64,000 nt of DNA from Chlorokybus atmophyticus. Its lineage: Eukaryota > Plantae > Mesostigma and Chlorokybus algae. The notes beneath the pieces are model-generated. The model searched no databases. It saw only the letters and a program-made list of their open reading frames with translations, and had not been told where the DNA came from. The stretch spans positions 173,044-237,043 of the forward strand of contig RHPI01002161.1 in the NCBI GenBank assembly GCA_009103225.1, given 5' to 3'. Position 1 is the stretch's first letter, and every line of letters starts with the position of its first letter. A program made the translations under genes and the position numbers. Shown one piece after another: positions 23,101 to 36,958 of the stretch.

Positions 23101-24166
23101 CTGTTTGATCACAGCGAGGTGCTGTCTGTTCTGTTTGCCCACGGCAGCGGCAGTAAAGACAACAGCAACGCGAGCATGGCAGCGGCCGTCGCCAGCGTGT
23201 TTGCCACTCTCTTCTACAACCTGGATGTTAAGGCCAGGTCGTACAAGAGCCCCGCCCTCGTGCAGCTCTTCCTCATGAACAACGTTGACTATGTTGTACG
23301 GTCTGTGCAAAGCTCCGCCGTTGGACTCCTGCTCGGTGCTGCATGGACAGACAAGTGAGTAACTTGTGTTGTTTTGATCTCCTGTCCACATGTGCTTGTT
23401 GTCATGTTGTTGGTTGTTGGTTTTACATCAACTGGCATGTGATCTATGTGCATCTGAGTGCGAGTACACAGGCGACTTGTTGTCAGTGCTTTTGCAAAGC
23501 AAATCATGTCTGTCTTGCTTTAGGCACAAGGGGGAGGTGAAAAAGTATGTGGCCGGCTACCAAGCGGCCTCATGGAACCGTGCGCTTGCGTGCCTCGGTG
23601 ACGACGGCGTCACTGTCAAAGATTCAGGAGAGCTCAGCAAGCTTGGCAGAGTAAGTCGACTATGTGTGGTTTTGCACCTGCATGCGCTTTGTCCGCAAGG
23701 CATGTGTTGCACGGCGTCATGTTGCATTGCATGTGATGCAGCTTGCAATCATCATGCAAGCACGGTTCCAGCGCAAGTTCTGAACAAGCACAAGTTATTT
23801 GTAACTGGTTTTAGGCTGCTGTGAAGGACAAGTTCAAGAAGTTCAACAACACGGTGGATGAGTTGTACTCAACCCAAGTGCAGTGGACCATACCAGACAG
23901 GCAACTACGAGAGGTATGCTGTCATAACAACGCAGTCAGCAACACACATGGCTGAATGTTCACACCACACTAAGTCTCGCCTCATGCAGCTCGTGCGGGA
24001 GCGCATATCGTCCGTGCTGGTGCCAATGTACAGACAGTTTGTCACGCGCTACGAGCGTGTCAATTTCAGCAGCCACAAGGAGAAGTACATTAAGTACTCC
24101 CCTCAGCAGTTGCAGGATATGCTGGCGAGCTTCTATGAGAGCAGAGACAAGAAACGGACAGGCTAA
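20125..24166 (+). CDS. EXO70: Exocyst complex component Exo70 (multi-exon)
   Basis: LFLILEMFHTL; MLPDGTVHPISSHVVNYVKRLFDH; LDVKARSYKSPALVQLFLMNNVDYVV; KDKFKKFNNTVDELYSTQVQWTIPDRQLRE; VLVPMYRQFVTRY; KYIKYSPQQL. Confidence 0.93.
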
Positions 24167-24250
24167 TAACATCAATTGCGCTGCACACTTACTGTACATT
24201 ATGTAGGATTTGTCTGGTATACTGTACACTATTGACAACCCACCTATGTC

Positions 24251-25985
24251 TCATCTATCAGTCACTGACTCCTTTGACACTGAAGCTACAGTGCTTTCTT
24301 CATGCAACCTGTTCCAGGCCTTCTGAATGCCAGCCAAGTGGCCCTTGCCCACCACCGCGACTGTGTCATCCCCACACTCACGCAAAGTCCTTGCCATCAG
24401 TTCGTTGCGCTCGTGTATCAACACGGCTGCCTGCGTGCACCACAAAGGCCAACCACTTTGTCTTTACAGTGCGTGACGCATGCTTATGATGAAATACATA
24501 GAAACGTTAACGTTAACACATGTAGAAAGAGCACACTGCTTACTAGAGAAGGGCAAGTTCGCTCCACCATTGTCATGATGCTACCAACGTCTTGACCTCG
24601 TAGAGCCATCCACTGCGTTTTTATGAACAGCCTTATGCTATCCCTCAAGCTGAATGACTCTAAAAGCAGAGCCATCGTCGTCTGATACACAACACAACTG
24701 GTAAATGACACGAGGGCACCGTAGTCAGTCAACAACCACGATGTTGGTATGCGTACATCCACGTCTCTGTCACCGTATACAACTCGCGCTCCAACACGTG
24801 CTGCCTCATGCTCAGCAACCTGTTTTCAACCCTTGAGTGAGGTGTATATACAGTTTCAAGCGTCTCTGCTGAGGATTAAATATGCAGACCCATCATCATC
24901 TCTACCTGGAATTCAATGCCTTGGTTGTGCATAATGTTGCGCTCGGATGATATCCCGCCGCTCTTGAAGGAGAGAAATGAACCAAAGTTGAGAGTGTTCA
25001 CATCGCCCGATCGCCTGGCAAGGTGTAACAAGTTGGGACCAGTCGTCACGCAGGGGAGCACACGCATACACACATGCACACGCGCATGCATGCGCTGTAT
25101 GTACGCACACATGCACACCCACGAACTTGCACACGCATGCGTACTGCTACACACCTATCAGGCTGATCAGACTGGTGTGCTTTGCTTGTTGATGCGAGCC
25201 GCAGCAGCTGTGCGCGCTTTGAACAGAGCTCCAGCTGCGTGTTGGAACGCGGACAAGGTGAGTGGTAAAAGAAGCACACCAGAGACTCAACTCGAGCAAG
25301 TAGCCACACAAGGACACCATTATGTGACACTCACCATGACAGTGCGCGGGCGTCGGTCTTGGATGACCTGCGCTCAAGTTCAGAACAACGTACGCCTTTA
25401 CGAGGAAATGAAACGCGGGATACAAGCCACCACTGACACAGACGTCCTGTTTGACATGCTTTGACGTTTCAAGCAAGTGTACACATATGCGTGTAGTGGT
25501 ACATGTGCACATTGTGCGCACTTGTATCGTTCAAAGTGTCTACATACAGTATGGTGCTTGATGAACAGCATGTGACGAGAGAGGGAACATAAACCCACAC
25601 ACGCAGAAAAGGCTCAGATACTACAACAACGACGCTGACGCTGTACATTGCTGTATTGCTATGCACAGCCCACGCACACAACATTGTACACCACAAGCAC
25701 ATACAACTACTCGCGCTGTGATCACACAATGCATGTATTGTAGAACATGCTCGCACCAAGCTCTCGTTCCCTTTTCACCTTCATGACAGTGGTGGCGCTG
25801 TCGGCGCATCCATGCACGACGCCGACCACCGCCACCCCCGCCGCCAGCTCAACCACCTCCGCCCCGCCCAGCGCGCCGTTCGACGACGGAGACGACGACC
25901 ACCACGGCCAGGAGGAGACAGAGCAGCAGGACGAAGACATGTGCAAAGCCCTGGGGCGGCAGCGTGCTACTGCGGCCAGCCTCAT
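24251..25985 (-). CDS. TraB-domain protein (TRABD-like), probable organelle-targeting N-terminus
   Basis: VIQDRRPRTVM-LELCSKRAQLL; AEHEAARVGARVVYGDRDVD; VLIHERNELMARTL...VAVVGKGHLAGI. N-terminus MRLAAVARCRPRALHMSS. Confidence 0.82.
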
Positions 25986-26294
25986 CGCTGAGGACGACGG
26001 CACCGCCGCCGCCGCCCTGGATACGCGAATAAACACTCAAGCGATCAGTATCGTTACACGAAGTCGTTAGAGGGCATCTGTGCCCCCGGTTATGGGAATA
26101 GCGCAAGTGCATCTGTATCGGCGAGTCACGTGACGTTAACGCACACAACAAGCAGCGGCGGCGGAAGCAGAGGACAAGGACGGCGAGGAGGAGGAGGACA
26201 AGGACAAGGACGTTAGAGTCAACGACATCAGCGATGGTGATGCTGAACCTTTAGCTCACACCACTCACCTGCCATCATCATCATCCAATCCGCC

Positions 26295-29200
26295 ATGGCG
26301 GCTGATCTTCCGGAGCCGCAGCAGCAGGCTGATGACACCGCCTCCGCCGCCGCCGCCACCTCCGCTGCCAGCAACCCTGGCGGAGATGTCACCAAGGCCG
26401 AGGCGGGGGGTGACAGCAACAGCAATGGTAACATCGAGATATATCTGAGAGTGAGGCCGGTGAAGAGCCCGTCTGAACGGATGAGCACAGACCCAACAGA
26501 AGGACAGGTGGGGGATGTTGTTACTGTTGTTATTGTTATTGTTGCTGTTGTATATTGGGTTTGAGTCTGGGTTCTTATCATCACAGGTGAGGTTTAGTAT
26601 CCCGAGGGAGGCGACGGCTGGTTTCATCAACAACACGCGGGAGCGGTACGACTTCAGGTTCAACGGCATCTTCGCTCCGGACGCAAAACAGGACGAGGTA
26701 TGGACACATCGCGCCCATATCTCAGGTCATGATGTCATCAACATCGACAGGGGATGCTGATAGTGAGATGGAAAAGCATACAATGAAGTCAGTGATGAAC
26801 GGGCAGGTGTTTGAGAGAGTCGCGCGCAAGGTTGTGGTTTCTGCTCTGGACGGCATCAATGGAACGGTGAGATCGCTATAGCAGAACTCACATAGCGCGT
26901 GGTATCAAAGCCATGCAGAGAGCGCAAGTCCAGCCATTAACTATACTCAGCACCCCCTGTTTTGGTCCTCATTAATGCTGTGTGCAAACCCATACAACAG
27001 GTGTTTGCGTACGGTCAGACCGGTAGCGGCAAGACATTCACGATTACTGGCGGCGCGGAGCGCTATGCAGACAGGGGCATAATCCCAAGGCAAGGAGGAT
27101 CAATGTGTGGCATAACCATGCGCGCGTAGACACACACTCGCACACATGCACGCACTTCCTCTCCCTCGAATGTTCTGGTCCTGTCCTGACTATATGACGA
27201 TGGCTCGCTCTCAACTTACCGTTGTTGCACTTGTCCCGTGCCCCCAGGTCCCTTTCCCTCATCTTCTCCGAGCTCTCCTCCCGCTCCGACTCCCTCTACG
27301 CCCTCCACGTCTCGTACCTCGAGATCTACAACGAGACTGGCTACGACCTGCTGGTCGACGAGCGGGGGGCAAAGGGGCTGGAGGACATGCCCAAGGTAGA
27401 GTGGGTGGGTGTGTGTGCGCGCGTATGTCCGCATACACACAGCTACCTAGCCGTGCACGCACGCACGCACACATGGCCAGTCAACTCAGGACACGCACGC
27501 ACATGTATAGACACAAAGTATGCATGCACACGCGCACCGCACGCACCACATCGTGCTCGTCTAATAGGCTAGCTGTTTGTCCACTGAAACCTATGTTGGG
27601 CATGCACAATGAGGCCACTCTTGTTTACCATCGCACACAATACAGGTGACTTTGATGGAGGACGAAGAGCACAGGATCCATCTCAAGAACCTATCAGCTC
27701 ACCGATGCATGTAAGTGGTGGTTACACACCTGACCAACATCTTACTGCGCGGTTTGTCACAAAGAGCGTGACGTTGGTGTTGATGGATTTATGTTCTTAC
27801 CTTTGTGTTCTCGCCTTGCCAGGACCGAGGAGGAGGCGCTCAACCTTCTCTTCCTGGGCGACACCAACCGCATGATCAGTGAGACGCCCATGAACTTGGC
27901 CTCCTCGCGCTCGCACTGCATCTTCACAGTCAGGCAAGCACATAGCAACTTGAACAACTCATACAATACAACCTCTACACACACCTGCACGCTGACTGCA
28001 TCATATCATATGTTGACATCTTGGGATGTGTTTGTTTCGTGTGCAGCATCGAGGCGAGGAAGGCTGGTTCTGAGGTCGTTCGGAGATCGAAGCTTCATAT
28101 CGTCGACTTGGCAGGATCAGAAAGGACGGCAAAGACGCAAGTCGCAGGCACGGTGAGCAACAAATGCTGCTGTTGGGTGCATATAAACTGAGCATGAGAG
28201 CTTGGTATACATACGGCTCTCAGGTGGTATCTGGTGCAAGCTGATTGTAAAGGCTGATGTTGTACCCTTGTGTGTGTGTGTGTGTGTTCGCAGACGCTGA
28301 AGGAGGCAACATATATCAACCTTTCGCTGCACTACCTGGAGCAGGTGCCGACTGCTTATCAGCACTCTGCACAAGTGTTTGAAAGGCATACCACTGGGTT
28401 ACAGACAACAGTGTTGTGAAGAAGTGAGTGTCATACAATAACGACATGTTGCATGTGCAGGTGATCATCGCGCTGCAGGAGCGTGCGCAGGGTCTCGCCC
28501 GCTCGCACGTGCCGTACCGCAACTCGGTCCTCACCAGCGTCATACGCGACTCCCTCGGAGGAAACTGCAAAACCGTAACGTCGTTGTTGTTGTTGTTGTT
28601 GTGTCTGCTTTGCTGCTCTAGACCGTCTGAACAAGTGATATCTCTGCTCAGGTTATGATAGCGACGGTGAATCAGTCTCAGGACCAGCTGGACGAGTCGA
28701 TATCGACGTGCCGGTTCGCCCAACGCGTCGCCTGCGTGTCCAATGAAGTAATCTCACAACAATCACACACACTCTCGCACATACGACTTCTTATACCCAT
28801 TGCATCACATCTTATCTGCACGCCCCACGCTTACCGATCACACCTTTTTCCCTCCAGGCTTATGTCAACGAAGAGCTCGACCCCGCGCTCGTCATCAAAC
28901 GCTTGCAGCAGCAGATAAGAGACCTCAAGGCAAGGGGAATGACAAGTTGACCTGTGTGTACATGTATCAAGTTCATTAATTTAAACAAACACGCACACAC
29001 AACAGGAGGAGGTGAGGTTGCTGAGGGGTGAGCAAGAAGACCGCGGGCCATTGACCGAGGGCGAAATCGACAACCTGCGCACGAAAATCGAGGCTTATAT
29101 TGCCGATGACGCCGCAGATGCATCCCTCCCCTTAGGCGGTACGTGTCTATGTATGTGTCTTTATGCACACACATACCCATCTCTCTGTCACTACAACCTC

Positions 29201-31526
29201 ACATCCACATTCCAATATGGCAGGCCAGATGCTGTTCATACGTGCCGCCCACGGCGTGTTCAAGAGGATGGTACTGGAGGCCAGGCGAGGGGTGAAGGGC
29301 ATGAGTGCAGGAGGGGGAGGGGGAGGAGTGAGTGGAGGAGGGGTGGAGAGGGTCAGAGGGAATGAGGAGAAGGGAGTGGAGAAGGTGGTTGAGAGGGGGG
29401 TGGCTGCTGCTCCTCCTTCAGATGTGTTGGATAAGTTGAAGAAACTGCAGCTCCAGGTGAGTGCATGGGTTGCTTAACCTCAGCATTAATTGCGAACCAC
29501 GTACTCGCTGTAAGCGATTGCTTATGAAGGTACATGTATGTCGTCACTCCGGGGTTGTCATTGGGTGGGGTGCGTCCCTATCTTGTTCACTCTGTGCTGT
29601 ATATATTGCATTGGATACATTGCAGTGCGCTTGACTGTATCACCCAACATTGCACACGCACTCACGGCCAATGGAGTGCCTCACTCACTCATTCACTCAC
29701 TCACTCACTCACTCGCTGACTGCACCATACGTTGTCATGCAATCTCTCTCACTCCCCTCACTCACTCTCATTCTGATCCGATCGCAGGTTCAGCAGCGCG
29801 ACAACGAGATCAGCATCCTCGTCTCCATGCTCAACAGCAAAAACAGCAGCGACCATCCCTCGCAGCAAGCAGGTCCCAAGCCTGGCCTTGGTCCCAGTTC
29901 CAACTCAGGTCCCGGGCTCGTCGTCCCTCCTAGCCTGGCCCCGCCCGGTCCCAGGATAGGCCAGGCGTCTGGGTGCGACCTGATCGCGAATGGGACCACG
30001 GATGCGCTCGTGGATGCGAGCTTGCTGGCTGACAGAAACAAGGCCTTTGAGATGTGAGTGTCATGATGCATATACAGACATGAATGTACGCGCGCGCACG
30101 TGTGGGCGTGTGCATGTTTGAATTTGCAAAATCTGTGTGTGCAGGTTTCGCAAGAGCTACCGGAAGAACGAGGCCATAGAAGAGAACAAGACTACCCTCA
30201 AAAGCAAATATGATGAAGCAAAGCAGCTTGGCGAAAACATAAACAAGTCACGTGAGGCAAGCACACTCATCCGTCACCATCGCTTCATTGTTCTGATCGT
30301 CACTCTCGCACGCATAACCAACACAACCACTAACACTTCCTTTGACCACAGTCGATCAACGCGTTGAAGCGGCGCGTCGAGCAGAGGCGAATGGCGCGGT
30401 CGGTCTCGCTGATATCCACGGGTGGGGCCGAGAGCTCCCCGCACGCTGCGAGGGAGGATTTGGAGGAGGCGCGCATGAAAGAGGAGATAGAGGCGGAGAA
30501 GGTGTGTGTGTATCTACGTGCGTGGGTGGGTGCGTGCGTGCGTTTTAATCTGGTTTGCGTGTGCGTGTGCGTGATGGTGTATGTGTAACTACCAATTGGT
30601 GCTCATGGTGTTGCTTGTTCTTGGTCAGGTTGTGTACAAAGAGGGTTTTGGGAGGCTGCGCGAGCTTAAGAGTGACATTGAGGGCCTGCACGCAATGCTT
30701 GAACACAGCAGAACACGGCTGCAGGTCAGTACCGATGTTGTTGAAAGACATGATATGATGCTAGTGGTGTGTCTGATGTTGACGTGTGTGGTTACAGGCG
30801 GACTTTGAACAGTGGCTGGGAATCATGTCGAGGCAGGCGCAGCCACAGCAGCAAGCACAACAAGCGCACGCACAACAACAGGCACAAGTACAACAACGCC
30901 AACATGTTGCACCAAGCGCAGCATTCTCCGCATCTTCGCCCTCTTCTACCCCCAGTACAGTTGCAAGCACACCCTCATCAAGCATCCCCTCTGCAAGCAC
31001 ACCCTCTTTCACTTACCCCAACACACCATCATCAACAACATCAAGCGCAATGAGGACTCCAAGCACGAACACATCAGCGACAATGTCTGCGATATCGTCT
31101 TCGTTGTCGTTATCGTTATCAAGACCGCTACTAAGAGCAGTGAAGCAAGCGTGGGGAACCGAACAGCCGCCGACAACATCATTCCCAACGCCCACAACAT
31201 CAATCCCAACACCCACACCATCCACATCAACCAGCATGAGCAGGAGCATGGACTACTACTCCACTGCTGGCAACAGTGCGGCAACGGGGTCAGACTCCAC
31301 GCTGAAGCCGACCCAACAACACAGCTCGAGGCCACAATCAGCGCGAAGCACGGGTGGGGGAGGAGGCAAGAGTGCTGATGGGGTGTTATCAATGGCGGAG
31401 CAAAGAGCGTCAACCGTGTTGACTGGCAATGCTGAGGCTGATGCGGACATCCTGGCGTTCTACAAGGCAAGAGAGAGGCTGCTGATGATGCAGAAAGGGG
31501 GCACAACTGCGCCGCGTAAGGGATGA
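26295..31526 (+). CDS. KIF6: Kinesin-9 family motor, KIF6-like
   Basis: IYLRVRP; VFAYGQTGSGKTFTITGGAERYADRGIIPR; SYLEIYNE; NLASSRSHCIF; LHIVDLAGSE; HVPYRNSVLTSVIRDSLGGNCKT; KIF6-type C-terminus LTGNAEADADILAFYKAR. Confidence 0.9.
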
Positions 31527-31834
31527 TGCATGTAGTCAACGTTGGGCCCCTTAGCTATGTATGTATCCCATAACGCGACTTTGCGGTTGAGTGTGTCCAT
31601 GTGCACAAGCGTATGTACAAAGTTAGAAGCGCTATGTGCGCGTATTGCGTGCACGAGCGCACAATCACATGGTCTATTTGCCAGATGCAACATCGGTACA
31701 CGTATTGAGCTGATTAGCCACAAACTGCACACACAAGTGTTGAAAACGGTTTGAACGATGGCACAACGATCGCCAAAAGCGGTGCTCCAAGCACATCACG
31801 CGCATCCTACTCACTGCAAAGATTCAGGAAACAG

Positions 31835-34057
31835 TCAGAGTCCAATAACCAGAAGCTCCTCGTTGTTCAACACTGGCTCCATAGCAACTCGCAAAGCGTG
31901 CCTGCAATGAAGACGCGTGACTGTTAGCGTACATGATAATACATAATATATCCAGCGCAAAGACAATACCCTTTGCAGTGAGGCATGAGCTCTTATACGC
32001 TAAACGCTAAGTTCAATACAGCTGATGGTGAAATTAACTTACTTGTTCGCTGCGCGTGTGCGCGCCAACATCTTTGCCCCCTCTTTGGCAACCGCTGCCA
32101 GGCTGCAACAGCAGGTCAGATGCCACCCTTGAAGCACAACACAAGACGACACAATCCAGACAACCAAGTATTAGTGCCATGCAACCAATACCTTTGTACT
32201 TCCTCAATGGCGCTTCGACTAGGTGCAGATTTGTTTTCACCAGCAGCAAAGCTGCCGTATGCATCACTACGGTTGGAATGTCCTGAACTGTGCGGCTCTT
32301 CCTGCTTTCTAATGTCATCTCGTGGCAAAACACGGCGGATGTCTTCTGGTAACTCATCTTGAAGACTAGACAGCAACTCTGCACAACACTTGTACGCATG
32401 ACGCGCGGGATTGGCATACACCACAGCCAGCAGAGCAACTTGTCACAGTTGCACGCACCTTGTGGGTTGGCATTGAGCAGTGCATTTTGGTAGAATGCTT
32501 CAAGGGAAGGACCACCACTGGCAGATGCATCCTGCTGCGCATTTCGGCTGCTTGCAACCACAGCGCTGGCTTCTTTCTTGCGATACTGCAGCTCTGCTGT
32601 GACTGCGGCAATGACGCTGTCCAGATCTGCGGCGCTGTTGGTGCGGTATGTCAAGGTTGTTCACACGGCATCACATGCACTGGTTCAGTCAGCAGATAAT
32701 GGCAATACTCAAATGCATGTATTGTGAGACAGAACAGCATAAGGATACAGCTGGCTGACAGAGGCAGACTCATCGTACTCCAACTGCGCGCGAGGGTCGT
32801 GTGCTTTGCACTCTGCATCGCCGCCTCTCAGCGACACTTCAGCTGCCAGTTGCTCATCCAATGCACTCTCCTGCCCACCAATGGCATGCATGAGAAATGA
32901 TGCGAGATTGCATCATCGTTGTGCGCTGTGAGTCAACCTCAACAACTTACCATCCAGCGCCAGAAGACTTCCATGTGCTGCGTGCCTTCGGCAGCGCTGA
33001 CTTGCCCTCCTTGCACTTGCTCCAGTGCTGTAATGTGCGCCTGCAACAACAGGAAGCCATTGTGTCACCCATGCACAAAGGAGGGTCCTCATGCAGCCAA
33101 CAATAGCTGTGGTCAACACTAACTGTTTGGTTTGAACACACTTTGCCTGAAATGACTGGCTGCAAGCAGCAAGCTTGGTAAGCAAGGCTTACAGCATGCC
33201 ACACAGCATGTACACAGCTCTGTGATACTGTCTACATGCTGTGGGCATACTTGCGTGGCTTCATACAGCGCAGCTTGCAAACAGCTTCAAATGCTGTCAT
33301 GCTGCGGAGAGTGCTGGACTAACAGTACGTACCTTGAGCAGTGGAGGGTTGGTAAGAAGATGCAGTTCATAGGGCGTAAGGAAGGAGGCGGCGCTTCTAC
33401 TCCTCGGTGCGTACTCCTCGTGCAGCTGACCAGCAAGAATGCACACAACTAAGCGGTTGCATGTTCGTTGGGAACCAGTTCCAAACAGCTCGGCACCTGC
33501 GTTTGCATGGCGGATATTGCATGCAGGCGGCGCAGACGGCACGCGAGCAACATGGACAGCTGCTGCGACTTCACCTGCACCCTCCCTTTCAACATCTGAG
33601 CTGCGTGCATGCGCAAGCCTGCCTGCACAAGGTAAGCATGAGACTTGCTGACAATGGCTTCATGCTTGATGCAAGCAATGTCAAGGGCAACATATGACAG
33701 TCATGACACAAAGAGCAGCAAACACACGCACACATGGACAGGCATGCACATGCACCTTCTCAGTGTGACGTGCATGAGAGCCCAGTCTCTGCGCGTCCCG
33801 CACATATGCCGCAGCAGCACTCGCAGCTGCACCGGCGGCTTTAAGAGCTTCGGTGCTCTCGTACATGTCTTCAGGGTAAGGCGGGAGCATCCCCCCTGCA
33901 TTGCCTTGTGCACGGGCCTCATTGGAGGTTTGTTGTTGCTGTTGCGGCAAAGCCTTTCCGAGCAGATTCGTGCGCGAAAACAACCATCCCAAAGCTAACA
34001 GAATCTCCCTATCCAAGAGATATGCACACAAGAGTACCTTAGCATTCGGTATATACA

Positions 34058-34138
<81 letters not shown>

Positions 34139-35364
34139 NNNNNNNNNNNNNNNNNNNNNNNNNNNNNNNNNNNNNNNNNNNNNNNNNNNNNNNNNNNNNN
34201 NNNNNNNNNNNNNNNNNNNNNNNNNNNNNNNNNNNNNNNNNNNNNNNNNNNNNNNNNNNNNNNAGAGAGAGAGAGAGAGAGAGAGAGAGTGCGCGTGCTT
34301 CTTCTGCTCCACCTGCTTTGGGTGCTATCGGAGTTCAACGCAAAGACCGCCGCTCTTGGATAGCCCCACACTCCAAGGTAGTGCTTGACAAAGTCAGGCA
34401 CTGATGGTGCACACGTCGCGGAGTTAAGCAAGAAAGCAACAATCAACGACTGAGCACAGGCAGGGAAAAAGTCTCTCGCAGCAACAACGCCATGCATGTA
34501 TTTACTAGCAGATTCATACCATACCATCCTCGGTGGCAGCCTCAGCGTTCAGCTCCGCCCACAGAGCTTCCAAACGCTGTCTGGCGGTCTTGTGGTCGGG
34601 CCACTGCGCCAGCTCGAGCGCGATGACGTCGTGCAGGGCATGCCACAACTGCCCGCACTGCGAGCAGACATTGCAATGAGTAATTGCATGGCTTACTGAC
34701 AAGACAGAAAGCAGCAGTCTGGATTGAAGCTATGAGAAGAAAGACTGTCAGCTGTACGTTACACTTGTGAATAGCAATGGCAAAGCAGCAGGCAAGCAAG
34801 CATACCAAGCATACATGCAAAGCAAATAAGCAAGCAAGCAATGCAATCACACAGCCACCCAGCAGGCATGTACGCAATCAAGCAGACCGAGAAAGCAGTC
34901 AAAGATAGCAAGCAAACAAGCTGAACGCAGACTCAAGCAAACAAGCAATCAAGGACATCAGGCAAGCTGTCACTTAAAGCCACAAATTCAATGAAGAATA
35001 ACAACCAAGTAGCGCATGCAGCTCATGATCAGGCTCCATGCTCTCTCTCACCGCGTCGGGGTTGTCGAACTTGGCCAGGCGGAGAAGCTCTGGGGTAAGG
35101 GCAGCGCTGACACCCGCCGCCTCCGCCGCCGCGCAAACCCACGCTATGCCGTCCCTAGCGCTGCTACCCATGCCTGCCTTTCACTTCAAATCTGCTGTGC
35201 TCGCAGTGGTAGTTTCTAACAAGCTTGTCGCCGCCGTTGCCGCCGTTGCTGCCGTCGTTGGCCTCGTCGTCCTTTAGCTCGTCGTTGTTGTTGTGGTCAT
35301 CGTCGTCGCTCTCCTCGTCGTCGTCAGCGGCCTGCTCATCACTTGCCTGCCCCAAGCCAGCCAT
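31835..35364 (-). CDS. TEDC1: Tubulin epsilon and delta complex protein 1 (TEDC1/C14orf80-like)
   Basis: TPELLRLAKFDNPDA; QLWHALHDVI; LGVWGYPRAAVFAL; SR-EILLALGWLFSR. These correspond to the TEDC1 motifs PEIFRRAKFD, GYPR and SRELLLALSWL. 3' exons and end are approximate. Confidence 0.78.
34062..34289. repeat. (AG)n microsatellite interrupted by an N-gap, inside a TEDC1 intron
   Basis: Pure AG repeat on both sides of Ns 34139-34263; flanking exons splice SR|EILLALGW. Confidence 0.95.
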
Positions 35365-35911
35365 CAGCCATGGCCAGCAAGCATTGGTGCGTGCGTGTTG
35401 TTTGAAGGGAAGATTGTCTTTGCTATTGCTGCTTGGATGAACTGGCGTTGACAGCCAGTTGCTTGTTGATAGCCGTTGCTCGTGGCTATTATGGCTAGCC
35501 TTGTAGGCAGCGATTCAATAGCAGCTTGCTAACGGTCACAGCTGGGCTGTTTGACTCGAAGCAGCGGTAATTGTAGTCGATGTCGTCGTTGTAGTCGACA
35601 TGTTCCCTGTGCTGTGTTGTCAACTATGTTGGCTCTATGCGGTTAACACAAGCAAGTACCAGTGTCCAGCTTGTCAAGCTTGAGACTGGCACGCAGTAAG
35701 GGCCCGGCTAGGGCCTCTTGACATGCGTTTGCTTACACAGAGGGTTGTCAATAGCCAATCAGGCAACCAGCACGGGTGCTTCTCAAGTTACTAGTCATGT
35801 ACTTGAGCAGAGTAGTATGACGCTGCCAGCTGCAGTTGTTAATACACAAGTACTTTGTTTGTTGTCGTTCACGACCTAATTGTAGCTCAACACTCCTTTG
35901 TACTTTCTGCA

Positions 35912-36958
35912 GTTTTACTGATATTGCGGCCGGCGAGGCGCACCATAGCCCCGCTGAGATCCGCCACGGAGCGTGCATCGTCAAGGGCGGCAAAGTTCTC
36001 GCCGTCGGCCACAATCGCCCTGGCCACGTTGCTGCCGCAGGCCTCGCAGTCCCGTCAATCCACGCTGAGATGGTAAGCTGAATGCGTGCGCGTCCATGTG
36101 CGTGCATGCGTGCCTGCACGCGCGTGTATATGTATACGTGTGTGTGGGTGCTAGCATTGACAGCTTCACAACTGAGTCTACGTTAGTACAGGAATTTGTA
36201 CTCGTGACTGTTATTGTACACGCATATGTGTACACGTACGTGTGTAAGCATCTACTGTGCGTAAGCATGTATATATGTTTGTATGAACGTATGTTCCTAT
36301 TTCGGTATGCGTTTGGCGTGTGTAGCGGGTGATGTTATTGCTTATGTGATGTTGGTTGCAGGATGCTTTACTTCGAGTCGGGCTGCATCGGCAGCAGCGT
36401 GTATGGTGGAGCGGTGCGGCGGCGCGCGCTTTCTCCAGCTGCCTGACCCGGCGGTGTGAAAAAGCTGTCCAACGAAAAGAAGAAGAACAACGCACACAAC
36501 TGCAACAACAACGATAAGACAATCAGCAACAAAGGCGTGCTGCTACAGCCGCAAAGCCGTCTCAACCACACAGCATGCAAGAGTACCACATCAACCAAGG
36601 ACTACGAAAACCACAAACCAAGCTGGTAAATTTTTTGCCTTAACACTTACATGATGTGGCAGTCGACATATTCTGTATGCAAGTTTGAATTGTGCTTGTT
36701 TTCCGGTTCATTCTCAGGACAACAAAGCAAGGTGCGCCGTGGGGTGCAGACTTGTATGTCGTGCGCCTTGGACGTGATGGAGGCTTGCTCGGTTCGGTGA
36801 GTGCACGTTTGAGGTGATGGTCGAGGTTCTCTTAAATATGCAAGCAGATGAATAACTTTTGTGGCAGAAACCTTGCACCTGCTGTGTGGCGCTCATGCGT
36901 ATCCATGGGATCAAACGCGTATTCTATAGCACACCAGAAGGGTTACGCCAGGACATGG
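35912..36958 (+). CDS. Zinc-dependent cytidine/dCMP deaminase-fold protein (core exons; start and last exon uncertain)
   Basis: RHGACIVKGGKVLAVGHN; SIHAEM|DALL; GADLYVVRLGRDGGLLGS|KPCTCCVALMRIHGIKRVFYST (HAE + PCxC[C] zinc motifs). Exon 2 has a frame problem (see findings). Confidence 0.85.
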
